A DNA stretch of 64,000 nucleotides from a virus. Shown one piece after another: positions 54,201 through 59,801 of this stretch. The DNA lies in IMG/VR virus record IMGVR_UViG_3300020411_000483, positions 1-64,000 of that record. One strand, written 5' to 3'. Under the pieces are notes generated by a model. That model was not told the DNA's origin, did not search any database, and worked only from the letters and a program-made list of their open reading frames with translations. The position numbers and the translations under genes are program-made. Within the stretch, counting starts at the first letter, position 1. Each line of letters opens with the position of its first letter.

Positions 54201-57200
54201 AACTATACCTACAGTATTACCAGAAGTATCCTTTGTCTTACCACAAACATATACTTCTTTAGTAGTATTGACGAAAATATCGTTAATCTTAACGAAATCG
54301 TTATTACTAATCAATGAAGCATAATAATCACACTTCTTGAATACCTGTGGGTGAGATAGAATAACACGAGGGTTACTTGTATATCCAGACCCTGAATTTA
54401 GAATCTTGAATGATTCAATAGATCCAACAGAAGAAACAACTGCTTCTATAGATCCACCAGTACCGCTATCACTATCAATAGTAACAGTAGGAGGAATGTC
54501 TGTGTTATATCCACTTCCGATTGTATTAACAATAACTTCTTCTATACCTTTGTATTGACGGACTACAAATGTCTTATTTGTATTGTCCATTGTAGGAGCA
54601 TAGTCTACAAAGACTGTATCTCCAGCAACTAGGTTATGAGGATTAACTGAGGTTAAAATACCATAGTTAACTCCATCAAGGGTTTCATAAGTATATGACT
54701 CAACTGCTTCACCTTTAATTCTTGCAACACGAGCAGAAACACCACTACCATCAGTATCAGTGTTATCAAATATTAGACGGTCATTAACCTGATAAGATAT
54801 ACCTGGGTTTTCAACAGTAAATCCAGTTACAGATGCATCTTCAAACTTGGTAATAGTATCAACTTCAATATCAACCTTAGAATCAAATCTTACTTTAGGG
54901 AAGTAATCAAACAGTTGTAGAGGTGCTTCCTCAAACATCTGTTCTGGATCTGCGGTCTCATCAGCAGTAATAACACCATCTCTATTTTCGTCTTCTGGGT
55001 CAAATAGGAGTATATCACCTGCTTCAGTAGTTAAAGCGTTTGTAGAGGCATTTGGAGTCCTCTCAACGTCAATATCTACATTCTCGTATGGGTCTCTATA
55101 ACGGACAACACCAGTAGGAATATTCTGTTGGACAGCATCATCTACTAGGTTCCATGTATCAACTACAGAGTTATAACTTGGTCCTAAAATATAAGGGAAT
55201 TTTGGATTACCTGCTTCAGCAGCATCAATAGTAACGAAATAGCAGTATCTACCAGCAGAGAATTCAGGAGTCTTACAGAAACGTCCATTATACTGGTCTA
55301 AGTCACCACTACCAAATACATATTCGTAGTCTTCAACAAACTTACCAGCAGCTTCGTCTGTTAGTAAAGGACCATCAGTTCTTACAGGATATGGGTTTGA
55401 AACAGCATCATAGACTAGATTTGTCTTAAGACTATAAGATGTGTTTAATCTTTGTACCTGTGAAGTCTGATTAGTTGGGTCAGAGTAACCATAAGGTCCA
55501 TAAATTGGGTTACCATCAAATGCCCACCCAATAATAGGTGAGTGTGTTAACTGGACATCCTGCTCAAGGATTGTACCAGATTCTGATTCATATAGATTAT
55601 CACCTAAAATATATCTTAATTTCTGTGGGTTAGAGAGGTGAGCATATTCTCCACCATATTGTACGTTAAATCCTTCAAATACAGATCCTTTCGCAGTATC
55701 GAAGGTAGAAGTCTCTTGTAAATTATAAGTCCACTCAAATACGTTTGCTGTAAAGGTAGCATTAATACCAATAGAAGTGAGGTTAATTAATGTTGTACCT
55801 TGAATATATCCAATACCTTTGTTGGTAATAGTGATACCAGTAACTTTACCAGCATTCTCACCGTCAACATCGATAGTTGCTTTTGCTACAGCACCAAATC
55901 CTTGACCCTGTATGCTAACTTCAGGAGCAGTAGTGTATCCGCTACCAGCAGAAATAATAGCAATCGATATAATTCTACCATTGTTAACAATTGCCTGAGC
56001 AACAGCACCACTACCAGATGATAGTTTTACATTTGGTTTTGAAGTATAAGATGCACCACCATTGGTGATATTAACAGTCTTAATTGGACCTCTGACAGAT
56101 GCAGTAGCAGTTGCCCCAGATCCACCTCCACCGACTATAGTTATCTCAGGTTGAGAAGTATATCCACTTCCTCCAGCATTTATTAGTACTCTTGAAACGA
56201 CTCCTTTCGTTATAATCGCAGTTGCAGCAGCACCTGAGCCACCTCCACCAACGATAGAAACAAGAGGTGAAGAAGTGTAACCACTACCACCTGCTGTTAC
56301 ATCAATAGAAGAAATTGCACCGTCAACTGTAACAGTTGCAGTTGCTCCAGATCCACCACCCCCAGTAAGGGTCATTGCAGGAGGAGAAGCAGCATCGTAA
56401 CCTTCACCAGCAGCAGAAATGCTAATAGAGGTTACAGCACCAAAGGTTTTAGTTTGTTTAGACTTATAAGACCAAATTGATACACCATTAACCCATGTTC
56501 CAATTGGACCAGGGACAATAGCAGTCTTAGTTGAAATAGTAGTAGGAAGTAAGGCAAACCTGTTTAATTTACGTTGGTTGCCTGGTAATAAAGCAGATCC
56601 AGGGAATGGACCAATTTCATAGTTTGGAATACCAGTAGATGCAACATAAACGTAACTGGTATTGAAAAATGTATTCTGAACGTTAGTAGTGTAAGGTCCA
56701 ATAGCATTACTAATTGCAGTATTAACTGACTTACCTTTGTTAAGGTCAACTGAAATTAGAATATTACCCTGTGGCACAACTTGTGCTGGTTGAGGTAATT
56801 GATATTGGAATACAGTCGTGGAATCCCTTGATGTTACTAGGAAACTTCCGTTATAAAGAATTGGGTTTGCACCATAAATTGTAACTTGGTCTCCAACCAA
56901 TAAACCATGAGGGTTAGCACAAGTAACTGTAGCAGACTGATTATTAACACCACCATAAGCAATGCTAGTTACATTAATGAGTTTCTTAACGTTATACAAC
57001 CAAGTTGTTAGTTGAGGTTGTGTAGATGTGCCTCCCAACTTAGAAACAGTTAATTTATCTCCTGGTAGGTAGTAAGAACCTGTATCAGTTAATGTAGTTT
57101 GGTTAGCATCAACGATACCAACCACATTCATCACAACTTCTTGTAATGTGCCTTTATTGAGGTAAACTACGAAATTAGACTTAACTACTGTAGCAGAGTC

Positions 57201-59795
57201 CCAAATTTGTGCATTTGATGCTCTAGTACACTCAATAAACTGGTTTAATGACTTTTCTTTATATCTAACCGTCTCTTTGTCACCAATGACTATTTCACCG
57301 TTCCTTTCTGGCCAACCGATGGTGGAGTCAACCGTAATAATGTCACTGGTGGCTGTGAGAGGCTCAGCGAGTTTTGTTTTGTAAGGTACAATAAATGTGC
57401 CTTGAATAGTTTCTTCTGATAGGACTAATTCAAATATCTCTAGGTCAGAAGTCTTAATTGAAATATAGTTTTCAACCAATGCAGATGCTGCTTTAATATT
57501 AGGGTCAGCAATATCAGCAACCTGTTGAATTAAAGCATCTTGAATGTTGCGAGGGTCACCTGAAACCAGTGTAGCACGCAAAATTGTGTTAATAGACCAA
57601 GTAGCAGCAGATGGCTTAGTAATTTGGTCTTTTGGATATGAAATACTTACACTTTCACCATATAGTAACTTAAAGAGATAAGCAATACTAAATGATGTGC
57701 CTTTTGTTGAATAGAAGGTCTTAATGTGCTTAATAGCACTTCTTACATCAATACTATCATAATCTAACTGAGGAACATCAGGAAGGAATTGCTCTGTGTA
57801 CTTATCAAGCAATCTCTTAACAAATAGTGCATCAAGACACTTAACTTCAGAATCAACAGCATGTGCAGCAGCAGAAGTGTCTCCAGAGAATACTGCGTTA
57901 CCTTCTTCAGTATATTCCTTAATACCACTAGCAGCTCTAGCACAACCAGTTAGTTTACATTTGGTGTAATTGGCACCAGCATTGATAACTTGGAAACCAG
58001 TTACTTCACCCAAACCAATATCTACAGATGCAGAAGCATGTGGAGGTGGTTGAATAAAGACTTTTGGAGGATTAGCAGCACTATAACCACTACCAAAGGC
58101 AGTTATGTTAATATCAGTAATAGCACCGTTAAAAATGGATGCAGCAGCAGTTGCTCCTGATCCTGGATTTGTAGTCCTTTCATCAACGATATAAACAGAT
58201 GGAATATCCTCATATCCACTGCCACCAGATAATAATTCGATGTCAGTGATTCTTCCATCACCATCAACCTTAGTTTCTAGTATTTGAGCACCAACTGGGT
58301 CAATAACTGCAACCCTTGGTGTTGTTTCATAACCTTGACCAGCATTCAATACAGTTATACTTGCAAGTTCTCCAGTAGGAGTTAATACAGTCTGGAATGA
58401 TGCTTTAATACCATTTAACCCAGTAGGCTCATCAACATAGATTGCTGGAGGTGTAGTATATCCAAATCCATTCTTAGTAATAGGAGGAGCAGCAGCAAAA
58501 CTACCAGCAGTGATAGTTGGGGTGCCTAATTCAGCTCCACCAGGTTGCACAAAGGTTAATCTTGGTGTAAAGGTGTATCCTGACCCACTACTGGTGACAG
58601 TAAGAGCAGTAACAGCACCATCTACAACTGTTGCATTAACAGTAGCAGCAGTTGAACCTTCTTTGGTTGGAGTTTGAATTTGGACGACTGGAGGGTTGGA
58701 TGTAGAATATCCAGCACCACCTGTTAGTAGTGATACAGATTTAACACCATTAATTAATGGTTTTACAGAAGCATCTCTACCAGTCGTTGATTTGACTGAA
58801 ATCTTAGGTGGAAACTCAAATCTATAATTTTTACCAGTATTATTAACTTCAACTGAACTTAGTGCTCCTAATGCATCAACACGAGAGAATCCAACAGCAC
58901 CAGTACCAAAAGAAGGAATTGGTGCTTCAATTGAGAATACATCTAGTCTTCTACCTGCAATAGGAGTAAATCCTAGGGTAATATATGTCTCGTCAAACGT
59001 AAAATCAACTTTTGGTGTTAAAAGTCTGTTATCATAAATCGCAATACAATATTCGTCTACAATCGGTGCATAAGGTAAATTTGCAACCGTCATTTGGAAA
59101 GTTTTCTTACCATCTCCAAATGAACCTGAAATATTATCTAATGCTACAATACTATTCTCAATAAAACCATTGAGATATGTGATATTAGTTGCTGTTGTAT
59201 CATCTGATGCAAGTCTAGTCCTTGGTGCAACACTGAATACAATACTTGTGCCATCTATAGTATAATCAACGCCTGGTACCTGTATTTCACCATATACCTT
59301 TACTATTAGGTGTTGAGCACTTGGAGGTGCTACAGGAGCGTCCTGAGAGGTTAATGAAAACCTTTGTGTGTTACCATCAAACTGATTAATAATATTAGCA
59401 AGAGTAATCCACTTAAGTTTTACCTGCTCATATGAAATACCTGGTGAAAGTGCAATACTTGGAGAAGCAACTGCTTTTTCATAGAAGATGATCTCATCTC
59501 CTATCATCACACTACCATTATCAGTTAAAAATTTATCTACGTTCTCAACAACAATCTCTGTATCATCTATTAATGAAGCTTCAACAATCTTTGTAGCACC
59601 ACCTAATATCCCAACATCTAGTTTATCAATATCGAGATAATTTAGAAAATTATTAAGTATATTTTGTCCAAACCCTGTCTTCTCTTGTGACTTATAATAA
59701 TACTCCAGAAACTTGTCAAACAGGGGATACCCGTCCGAAATGAACTGAGGGGTCTGTCTTGCTATCGCTTGCGATACCTTACTACTTGTCGTCAT
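36219..59795 (-). CDS. gp7: giant gp7-type baseplate wedge protein (7858 aa)
   Basis: Follows gp6; N-terminus PQFI...YPLF.KFLEYYY.SQE; IK.FY..KGT..S..LFKLLYG; KIQDSYYYQDFSY..HPA.FKVFG; contains YHYH, propeller, LamG and CBM-like modules. Confidence 0.88.
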   Translation of the reverse strand: MTTSSKVSQAIARQTPQFISDGYPLFDKFLEYYYKSQEKTGFGQNILNNFLNYLDIDKLDVGILGGATKIVEASLIDDTEIVVENVDKFLTDNGSVMIGDEIIFYEKAVASPSIALSPGISYEQVKLKWITLANIINQFDGNTQRFSLTSQDAPVAPPSAQHLIVKVYGEIQVPGVDYTIDGTSIVFSVAPRTRLASDDTTATNITYLNGFIENSIVALDNISGSFGDGKKTFQMTVANLPYAPIVDEYCIAIYDNRLLTPKVDFTFDETYITLGFTPIAGRRLDVFSIEAPIPSFGTGAVGFSRVDALGALSSVEVNNTGKNYRFEFPPKISVKSTTGRDASVKPLINGVKSVSLLTGGAGYSTSNPPVVQIQTPTKEGSTAATVNATVVDGAVTALTVTSSGSGYTFTPRLTFVQPGGAELGTPTITAGSFAAAPPITKNGFGYTTPPAIYVDEPTGLNGIKASFQTVLTPTGELASITVLNAGQGYETTPRVAVIDPVGAQILETKVDGDGRITDIELLSGGSGYEDIPSVYIVDERTTNPGSGATAAASIFNGAITDINITAFGSGYSAANPPKVFIQPPPHASASVDIGLGEVTGFQVINAGANYTKCKLTGCARAASGIKEYTEEGNAVFSGDTSAAAHAVDSEVKCLDALFVKRLLDKYTEQFLPDVPQLDYDSIDVRSAIKHIKTFYSTKGTSFSIAYLFKLLYGESVSISYPKDQITKPSAATWSINTILRATLVSGDPRNIQDALIQQVADIADPNIKAASALVENYISIKTSDLEIFELVLSEETIQGTFIVPYKTKLAEPLTATSDIITVDSTIGWPERNGEIVIGDKETVRYKEKSLNQFIECTRASNAQIWDSATVVKSNFVVYLNKGTLQEVVMNVVGIVDANQTTLTDTGSYYLPGDKLTVSKLGGTSTQPQLTTWLYNVKKLINVTSIAYGGVNNQSATVTCANPHGLLVGDQVTIYGANPILYNGSFLVTSRDSTTVFQYQLPQPAQVVPQGNILISVDLNKGKSVNTAISNAIGPYTTNVQNTFFNTSYVYVASTGIPNYEIGPFPGSALLPGNQRKLNRFALLPTTISTKTAIVPGPIGTWVNGVSIWSYKSKQTKTFGAVTSISISAAGEGYDAASPPAMTLTGGGGSGATATVTVDGAISSIDVTAGGSGYTSSPLVSIVGGGGSGAAATAIITKGVVSRVLINAGGSGYTSQPEITIVGGGGSGATATASVRGPIKTVNITNGGASYTSKPNVKLSSGSGAVAQAIVNNGRIISIAIISAGSGYTTAPEVSIQGQGFGAVAKATIDVDGENAGKVTGITITNKGIGYIQGTTLINLTSIGINATFTANVFEWTYNLQETSTFDTAKGSVFEGFNVQYGGEYAHLSNPQKLRYILGDNLYESESGTILEQDVQLTHSPIIGWAFDGNPIYGPYGYSDPTNQTSQVQRLNTSYSLKTNLVYDAVSNPYPVRTDGPLLTDEAAGKFVEDYEYVFGSGDLDQYNGRFCKTPEFSAGRYCYFVTIDAAEAGNPKFPYILGPSYNSVVDTWNLVDDAVQQNIPTGVVRYRDPYENVDIDVERTPNASTNALTTEAGDILLFDPEDENRDGVITADETADPEQMFEEAPLQLFDYFPKVRFDSKVDIEVDTITKFEDASVTGFTVENPGISYQVNDRLIFDNTDTDGSGVSARVARIKGEAVESYTYETLDGVNYGILTSVNPHNLVAGDTVFVDYAPTMDNTNKTFVVRQYKGIEEVIVNTIGSGYNTDIPPTVTIDSDSGTGGSIEAVVSSVGSIESFKILNSGSGYTSNPRVILSHPQVFKKCDYYASLISNNDFVKINDIFVNTTKEVYVCGKTKDTSGNTVGIVAKLSATGVKEWEKTLESTAPNTGTTYLEFNKIYVDGNDIWVAGTNRPNITVLDAYNPDVILCKYLEASNGLSAGLAIQKAYAGISGSTREDYVTALTKLSSNPTRFIMGGYTNTNSANPYDAFLAVTDTAGSFVVKRKLATAAGNEKITDITVASDGSVYFTMETSTSAASNDINVSFGKATVGINVITIEWIKEISNTLYSFQNASVCFDEFNEFYVTATCRLKSDDVTKDSFWICKFDAAGAVLWNKRYVAEARDIEVVGKTRVDIFGDVNVAYTHSASQVDGKKIVNTAKIKYDGTMLNHTSNEFRVDTATANTTEGWTAHSLDIDNSGDLHVFGQASHNRNEFIYDFASNQTTDITGHYTLGIGQTTNSVTVADNMAKIYGYNPAGSNSTWVNSYLSVTNTQLGTKLGDNWTLEFFIYKNASESQTLSQGFQTLVGIGGAQDATGGLWLGYNTSNGKLTFVVTNNSTTIAAGSAIESTQTTMYANNSWQTIGVSKNGDTFKAYVNGIEVLSGTQSNTSLGNKTLYFGNQIGFGSGATDFSAGKQGQFYIDNIRLRNRALVPTVPSDITTLPPVASYGLTFDWVDDAWFTNHLNKYDYIDFNAVGLKVDKNADAARLGVKTAFTNTQLSLTRTAITPVTGSTLTIGNVGLSLGDAGFQSLDFDDANVAYTEATESMTYVQDIWSSRTGTVPSPGSTKVNATAKVKDRYFFKVTDTSKIDNIQELTINQAFNFTVGAKLMLKNGNTFINSGYITSVDKDNNKVYVAVNNNVWTNDTNTGQLSTERFDEQSTYGIRGPIPNDTNEIAAYTFAEVNNTTPGTFDIDLDDYNLDGTYNAGGSQNLDSFAKFKAWSGSDYTVRIDEVAGGSAYIVGSVVDVPANQTSFNAAYSTLQITGLTAVTKITLVANLTKILQVSSVANSDQVYVITSTSHYLTPGEMVYVDGNPSQTYNSVVYDEYDGAFFVKDVISVKEFTYKLPQAAVTDPATTPGNVSIFVKSPTLKMFYGHQYIFDLSHSSLVGGNLSFAKDSLYKLEYSFNSIERIGTPGVTGQGVPTPSVKFKVDGDVVTNISYYFDPSRTTSDTSPVIPGSYLDVVDSPYKGTFEISSTSGATITRGDDAMRFILANEPEGAAEVSPSSYSTSSVKAVGSIASIRIVNSGGFYTKLPIISNIESTRKIERVDIKTPGTEYAVGEYTGVPIAGDGEGGLVSITVADGTDAEGVTIPGQINSVAVTSPGKNYTTASIDIDSIPGILGSGLTGSGAELTVVIPSSGSGASIFTKGDKVGKIKKLKNNNFGYDYPHDYTLRPEITFPLNCQLTSTSILASITVTDPGSGYSQAPAVVITGGGGSGAVAEASIKNGRLDNIIVKDPGAGYSSTPTIALRSAFNYVVNLDLGLLQFAFPHGIANGSAVTLNVVDTGDGAEYPLAAGAIGRLNSSTTYYAIAGAANSLETDQLKLAITASNAALGDAISFVNAGTGRQQVLTESFGGAATANVATSVFDEGELVYQGDTFATATATGYVSENNGWQIGPRILKIVDYTGDFIEGQKITGVISKSSGVISDLNIAKGVLEIGSITQTTGQFIDDVGKPSEIIQKIQDSYYYQDFSYAVNSATSISEWKDILLRNVHPASFKVFGELNLQEYGSIPNKETAFQLTKSVELAQSAIVPNIQNFALVEPVYQEFNNTEVLFRQKRLTSSENILTSVVQRIDDISNLFDGERIAFPLTVSGDNVVANANQLMIILNGIAQTPGISFQVQSDNIVFSEPPQPPASIKYASVTITQIATKKFVFSNISGIFPIAGQYVVGSSSAAKFRVTSVVGNDIFGYITEGTFTIGELVNVSATGFSATLNSQTDVVNNGLFMFGETITNFEGNTAKIEEINLAKGQETPLAKLRYTIGQSTTSFEVVPVTGAAAALPAGTFVATKNYQFGSEIFRVDTITDGAESTTLGVTRAQLGTAATAQLENTPLYGTDITITNALVLSKTTGTYQSTPGLFDIQLNDVIIAAKSGVVATIASTSPYQDPVTNEFISQVNISEGSSFFGLLFNRIASQTYPNVVLDDISQSQISIVDFTDNLTAFDSKFPANELINNYVIKTTNITGTFQENEFIRNYKIDYGNNSGTFLENEEGFVRKLTFTDKQGAGFFNQGNVIRSRNSKAEVIGYNQARSTVYLGKMGRSTASGSDFHTVTFNGGAQLDTAQKKWGTASLLLDGTGDYLLVAANQEFGFGTGALTLEAWIRPANVTGEHTIIDTRSASATDTALRLYTDGTALKVAVGNTAAANGGTLAINTWYHVAVTKTGTSTKIFVNGAQVGSTYTDNNNYGASKPVYIGADYAGATGFNGHIDEVRVSTTARYTGAYTLPTGIFQGDSNTKLLYHFDGPDAATYVDDWSGTGTWVDGDYFNNDAILATKRKTGGNLSAHSLNTHRYLNAADLLNSNKEFLAKEVVWRLEHQSPYSPFNVLTGTVNCTDDVQDIIDALIKDVRNGGNSYLWDAAALYVNRNVSPITVNHIETEVEETIWVHEELSRLAQQIITNQHIQILGDHGLTQVTDTTITDSTNASPSTITPTTGSYDTSTGELTLTKAAHGLTAGAAITATGATYDANTGIMVVTSNGHGLNPGDKVKMEDGAVTMTCDMDGNKSEHAYPRPEDPASEKWIEVGVVSTNTFEIFVGKKPLVAYKPTASTYDAATGLMSLTIGDHNFAAGQTIKLANNSLNFTCAMDDNNAIKSYPRSTDPVYEEAIPIKYEGTPYTPTNAVYTPTTGEMIVTLIGHGFAVNDQVKLSDGAVTFSCAKDNNQSDHSYPRATDPVANSWITISAVTTNTFTINVGKSPDISAHTYLRWDHNSVVKKDNTIQLDVGKSPIIQHDVSAASFTPASGALDITIGSHNLLVGDSIKFADNSLTFTCAQDSNATNHTYPRTDILNHTPTNATYNPTTGILSLTVGGHGMLDGDWVKLDANCLTFTCAADSNQTNHTYPRSTDPIANKWIQVSNVSTNGFDIQVLDSAPSTNTSAHTFVSAVSNGVKQKKDRAYDTAIEVTGVGTTNLTASTAAYTPTTGKLTITSNSHGLTGATQHTPTAASYAPATGILTITLSSHGFSNGDRIQIVDNSLTMTCAKDSDATFHTYPRSSDPVSGKWLPITKIDTNSFTVDVHKSQDLSAHTFISWASNGLLRARDMVKFDADSLTFTCAKDSNATNHTYPRVTDPLASQWVPVTGVTTNTFDVNTGPSTNTSAHTFVSATSNGIKKQTGVISVNVGISSNTTTHAFVSATAGAVKAGGVYAHTFKNANNTYTPSTASYTPATGVLTLTINGHGFQNGEWVKIADNGLTFTCAQDSNATNHTYPRAAGAQFTATTGTAYNPTTGILSITTTAAHNLANGDEIKIANDSLTFTCAMDGNTVNKTYPRASDPVSARWLKVSNVASTSFDVQVLDITPSSNTSTHTFVSASANGIQTRDPASGKWLKISGVTTNTFNVNVSASSNTSTHTFVSAISGCVSRAVIMSGGDHAHTFVSGKTNAFHKEGSSITIDKESLTFECALDEFGSEHTYPRTSDPFYNKVLPIVKATTNTFTVNVGKSTQPDDYIPYTPSAATYDPATGDMVLTIGTHDITTDDFVEIDDNSLTFTCAMDNNQSQKTYPRPGHDTRTSGKLKAVTAIGSTSHTPSFAAYNPTTGVMTITLDAHGFSAGDRVKFDAGAVTFTCAQDSNATNHAYPRTTDPTFGKWLKITNVTTTQFDIQVGTSTNTTAHNFASALNNGMKRQNGQITVNVGAAGTNAQFTPSAATYNAVTGDMTLTIGQHGIQVGSNIVLANDSLTFNCTMDGGSSNKTYPRATDPYGQSKSIRVDEVGYVSTTATNVAYTPSTGVMVITVPSHGYSNNDYIQIVEGSLVMRCALDGNQTDHAYPRKTDPYYGKWLKISNVATDTFQVNVGISSDTTTHSFVSAATNGIRKQSGVITVNVGKSPAIGYDVSAASFVPATGLLTVTIGEHDLTTNHKVRIANNSLTFTCAQDSHGSNHTYPRANGQGGASADDPAYNDAVTITAVTATTITLNVGTSSNTTAHTFVSANSNYTATGATYSPTTGLLTLTVNGHGFVNGERIKIADNSLTFSCAKDSNATNHTYPRPSDPVSGKWLTISGVTTNTFQVQVLDSLPSTNVSAHTFVSATANGIKRAVIHAGGDYAHTFVTAASNAVSYTPNSSHLFVSAKGGAIKKWLHTHKWVKAVADCVKVLGYSNGDCSDVQSTVDNLLSVVIDTLIEANQAVAVDHLATITKLTPQHEYVGATADAFLEIPFNIDDVATGLAYTQRVDLATRDRFRDAANLIRLNRGPIVDKTAADMIARYPELTLGMPRNADGSGAGTLRCKTDLGIILDAIANDIEDGGNFNTLIAVKNYLGTNDEIQHVRLQLLQSLYAHNRLGFYAKQSVTGDLTDANTDSVIIGDWGITQDTATNFSPTAATYDPVTGDMVLTIGTHSLTVGRKINIAAGGLKFTCAMDGNSSAKDYPRASDPWYNKNILIKAVTATTITVNIGASPTKYFTPTAATYDPTTGVLVLTIGAHNLAVGTAIQIAQQSLTFTCAQDSHGSNHQYPRANGQGGASADDPAYNDAVAITAVDDNTITVNVGTSTNTTAHLFVSASANAIVTGGNYAHTFVSAVANSVTAPGDCTNVKDALDTLVLLANETLAPNGDRYRDAGDLLHFNKDYIAEEAVGLLDAEFSYTLNNILYQSFQYPGGATGRDTCKKDIKLLLDSVISDLQTGGNSNTIRAIENYIATSGGIKQVEDQLLSTMYAFQQVKKLGKLAIINNLYNQGITGLTGDQYAAMWTTEVAYRDATITDSKGDTAYLSDDCIDAVNAFENLMDIAIDTLSPSDDAGRSAGRMILNNKNYYDQELENLVNSQWGSGAWSADINTFLETTVNDVIHDLAITDTSKFGNARNITLTNVIGEFSEGEVVTSSGGGYASVKEYITETQMLVIGDVTGTNWASVDDLTGTSGATAVVNVVGPTYDYYTTVANVQSLASTRIITTGIADQVAGINLFTNPEDFTANWTASGSSIDGNVTADPDDQLLAEKVVVDSSTGEHTISRNYSLTAYDTFDDTSIKWDTTGQKFDEGAITTAQTFTFSAFIKKAEFDKVRFQMTLDTGTSAEQNAFFDLDLSNASFGSIFTPQQGITANAYGSVPVGGGWIRAYIQITFSFGFTTLTNKVIVKNAGGSTNYAGDGVSGVYVWGAKLTKSALDPYVSAYGTTFYADNDFNIKNYILETLETQIDGALSQSLTSPSPGASFYAFTSATLAKDYNTLSIMRVVRYLLGMVKKQLVNNAHYTNITNQTGIVTPAKTYGTRDIPIPLGGGINNADNFFGGTSGAYAEVESITRNEGKIVQVYSRFRIDGTITDGPFTMNEAIQKQGDNTKTGIVYGFHEDANFKYVDVKITAGTFAVLDTIVGAANSTTCQISNIETRMHIIDKIGTFDANVGFQGYTSGATADVNANITAEAAVLTNTGGKLVVDTASLLGTFEKTAVVYAESSRQYLEVAKFGGLDVAIGNRIVSDGYTRIGISILTNLNNFTVGNRLYKVVSGVQDTANYGIITSVDLSNNYIYYAPVMGSLTNGDIVGDYGQGESFPVGYATITTSVVTAGAAGALVQDIETVGVNKRIYMSDIVGTFDTKDAIKSLNGYKAVVKSKQDIKARVKRSFKGFDGVQTQFKLTQNNGTAYLPDSEGHMLIFVNGILQPPGAANAYTAFSDTIQFTEAPTIGSAFTGFYVGKLRQLDDISFDFDSLRQSFNLKRNGVFYSLTLTDGVQSTVIRPENNIIVSLNGVIQEPGVGFELVGSRIIFSEIPRVGSTFVAFSYVGSEADVDAAEVVPPIEPGDFIDIQGETSDREVAVIESSNSLITFDYLGSVFGKDAVGSATITSGSIASVQVTSVGSGYTTRPSVRVDSISGFDAQIKALVGVGECVISNQGSGYSAPGISVDTSVPDDWTAPDLSQYGEEVIDPEIIP
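39605..46925 (-). repeat. three helical phycobiliprotein/globin-like repeats within gp7
   Basis: R.xDA..L...N...I, C-x-x-D-x14-GG and (G/D)DC motifs recur three times; repeat starts at ~46925, ~41267 and ~40145. Confidence 0.7.
40228..46514 (-). repeat. 18 copies of a ~104-aa Cys/His module, recursively nested
   Basis: Motif Y.P.TG...HG / LTFTCA.D...H.YPR / DP...W / F.VNVG.S / AHTFVSA; 18 YPR motifs counted (16 in 41520-46514, 2 in 40228-40860). Confidence 0.9.
47060..47650 (-). other. LamG/concanavalin A-like domain in gp7
   Basis: SLLLDGTGDYL..TLEAWIRP..WYHVAVT..FNGHIDEVRVS; a second copy lies at ~52500-53000. Confidence 0.8.
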
Positions 59796-59801
59796 TATAC
59801 C

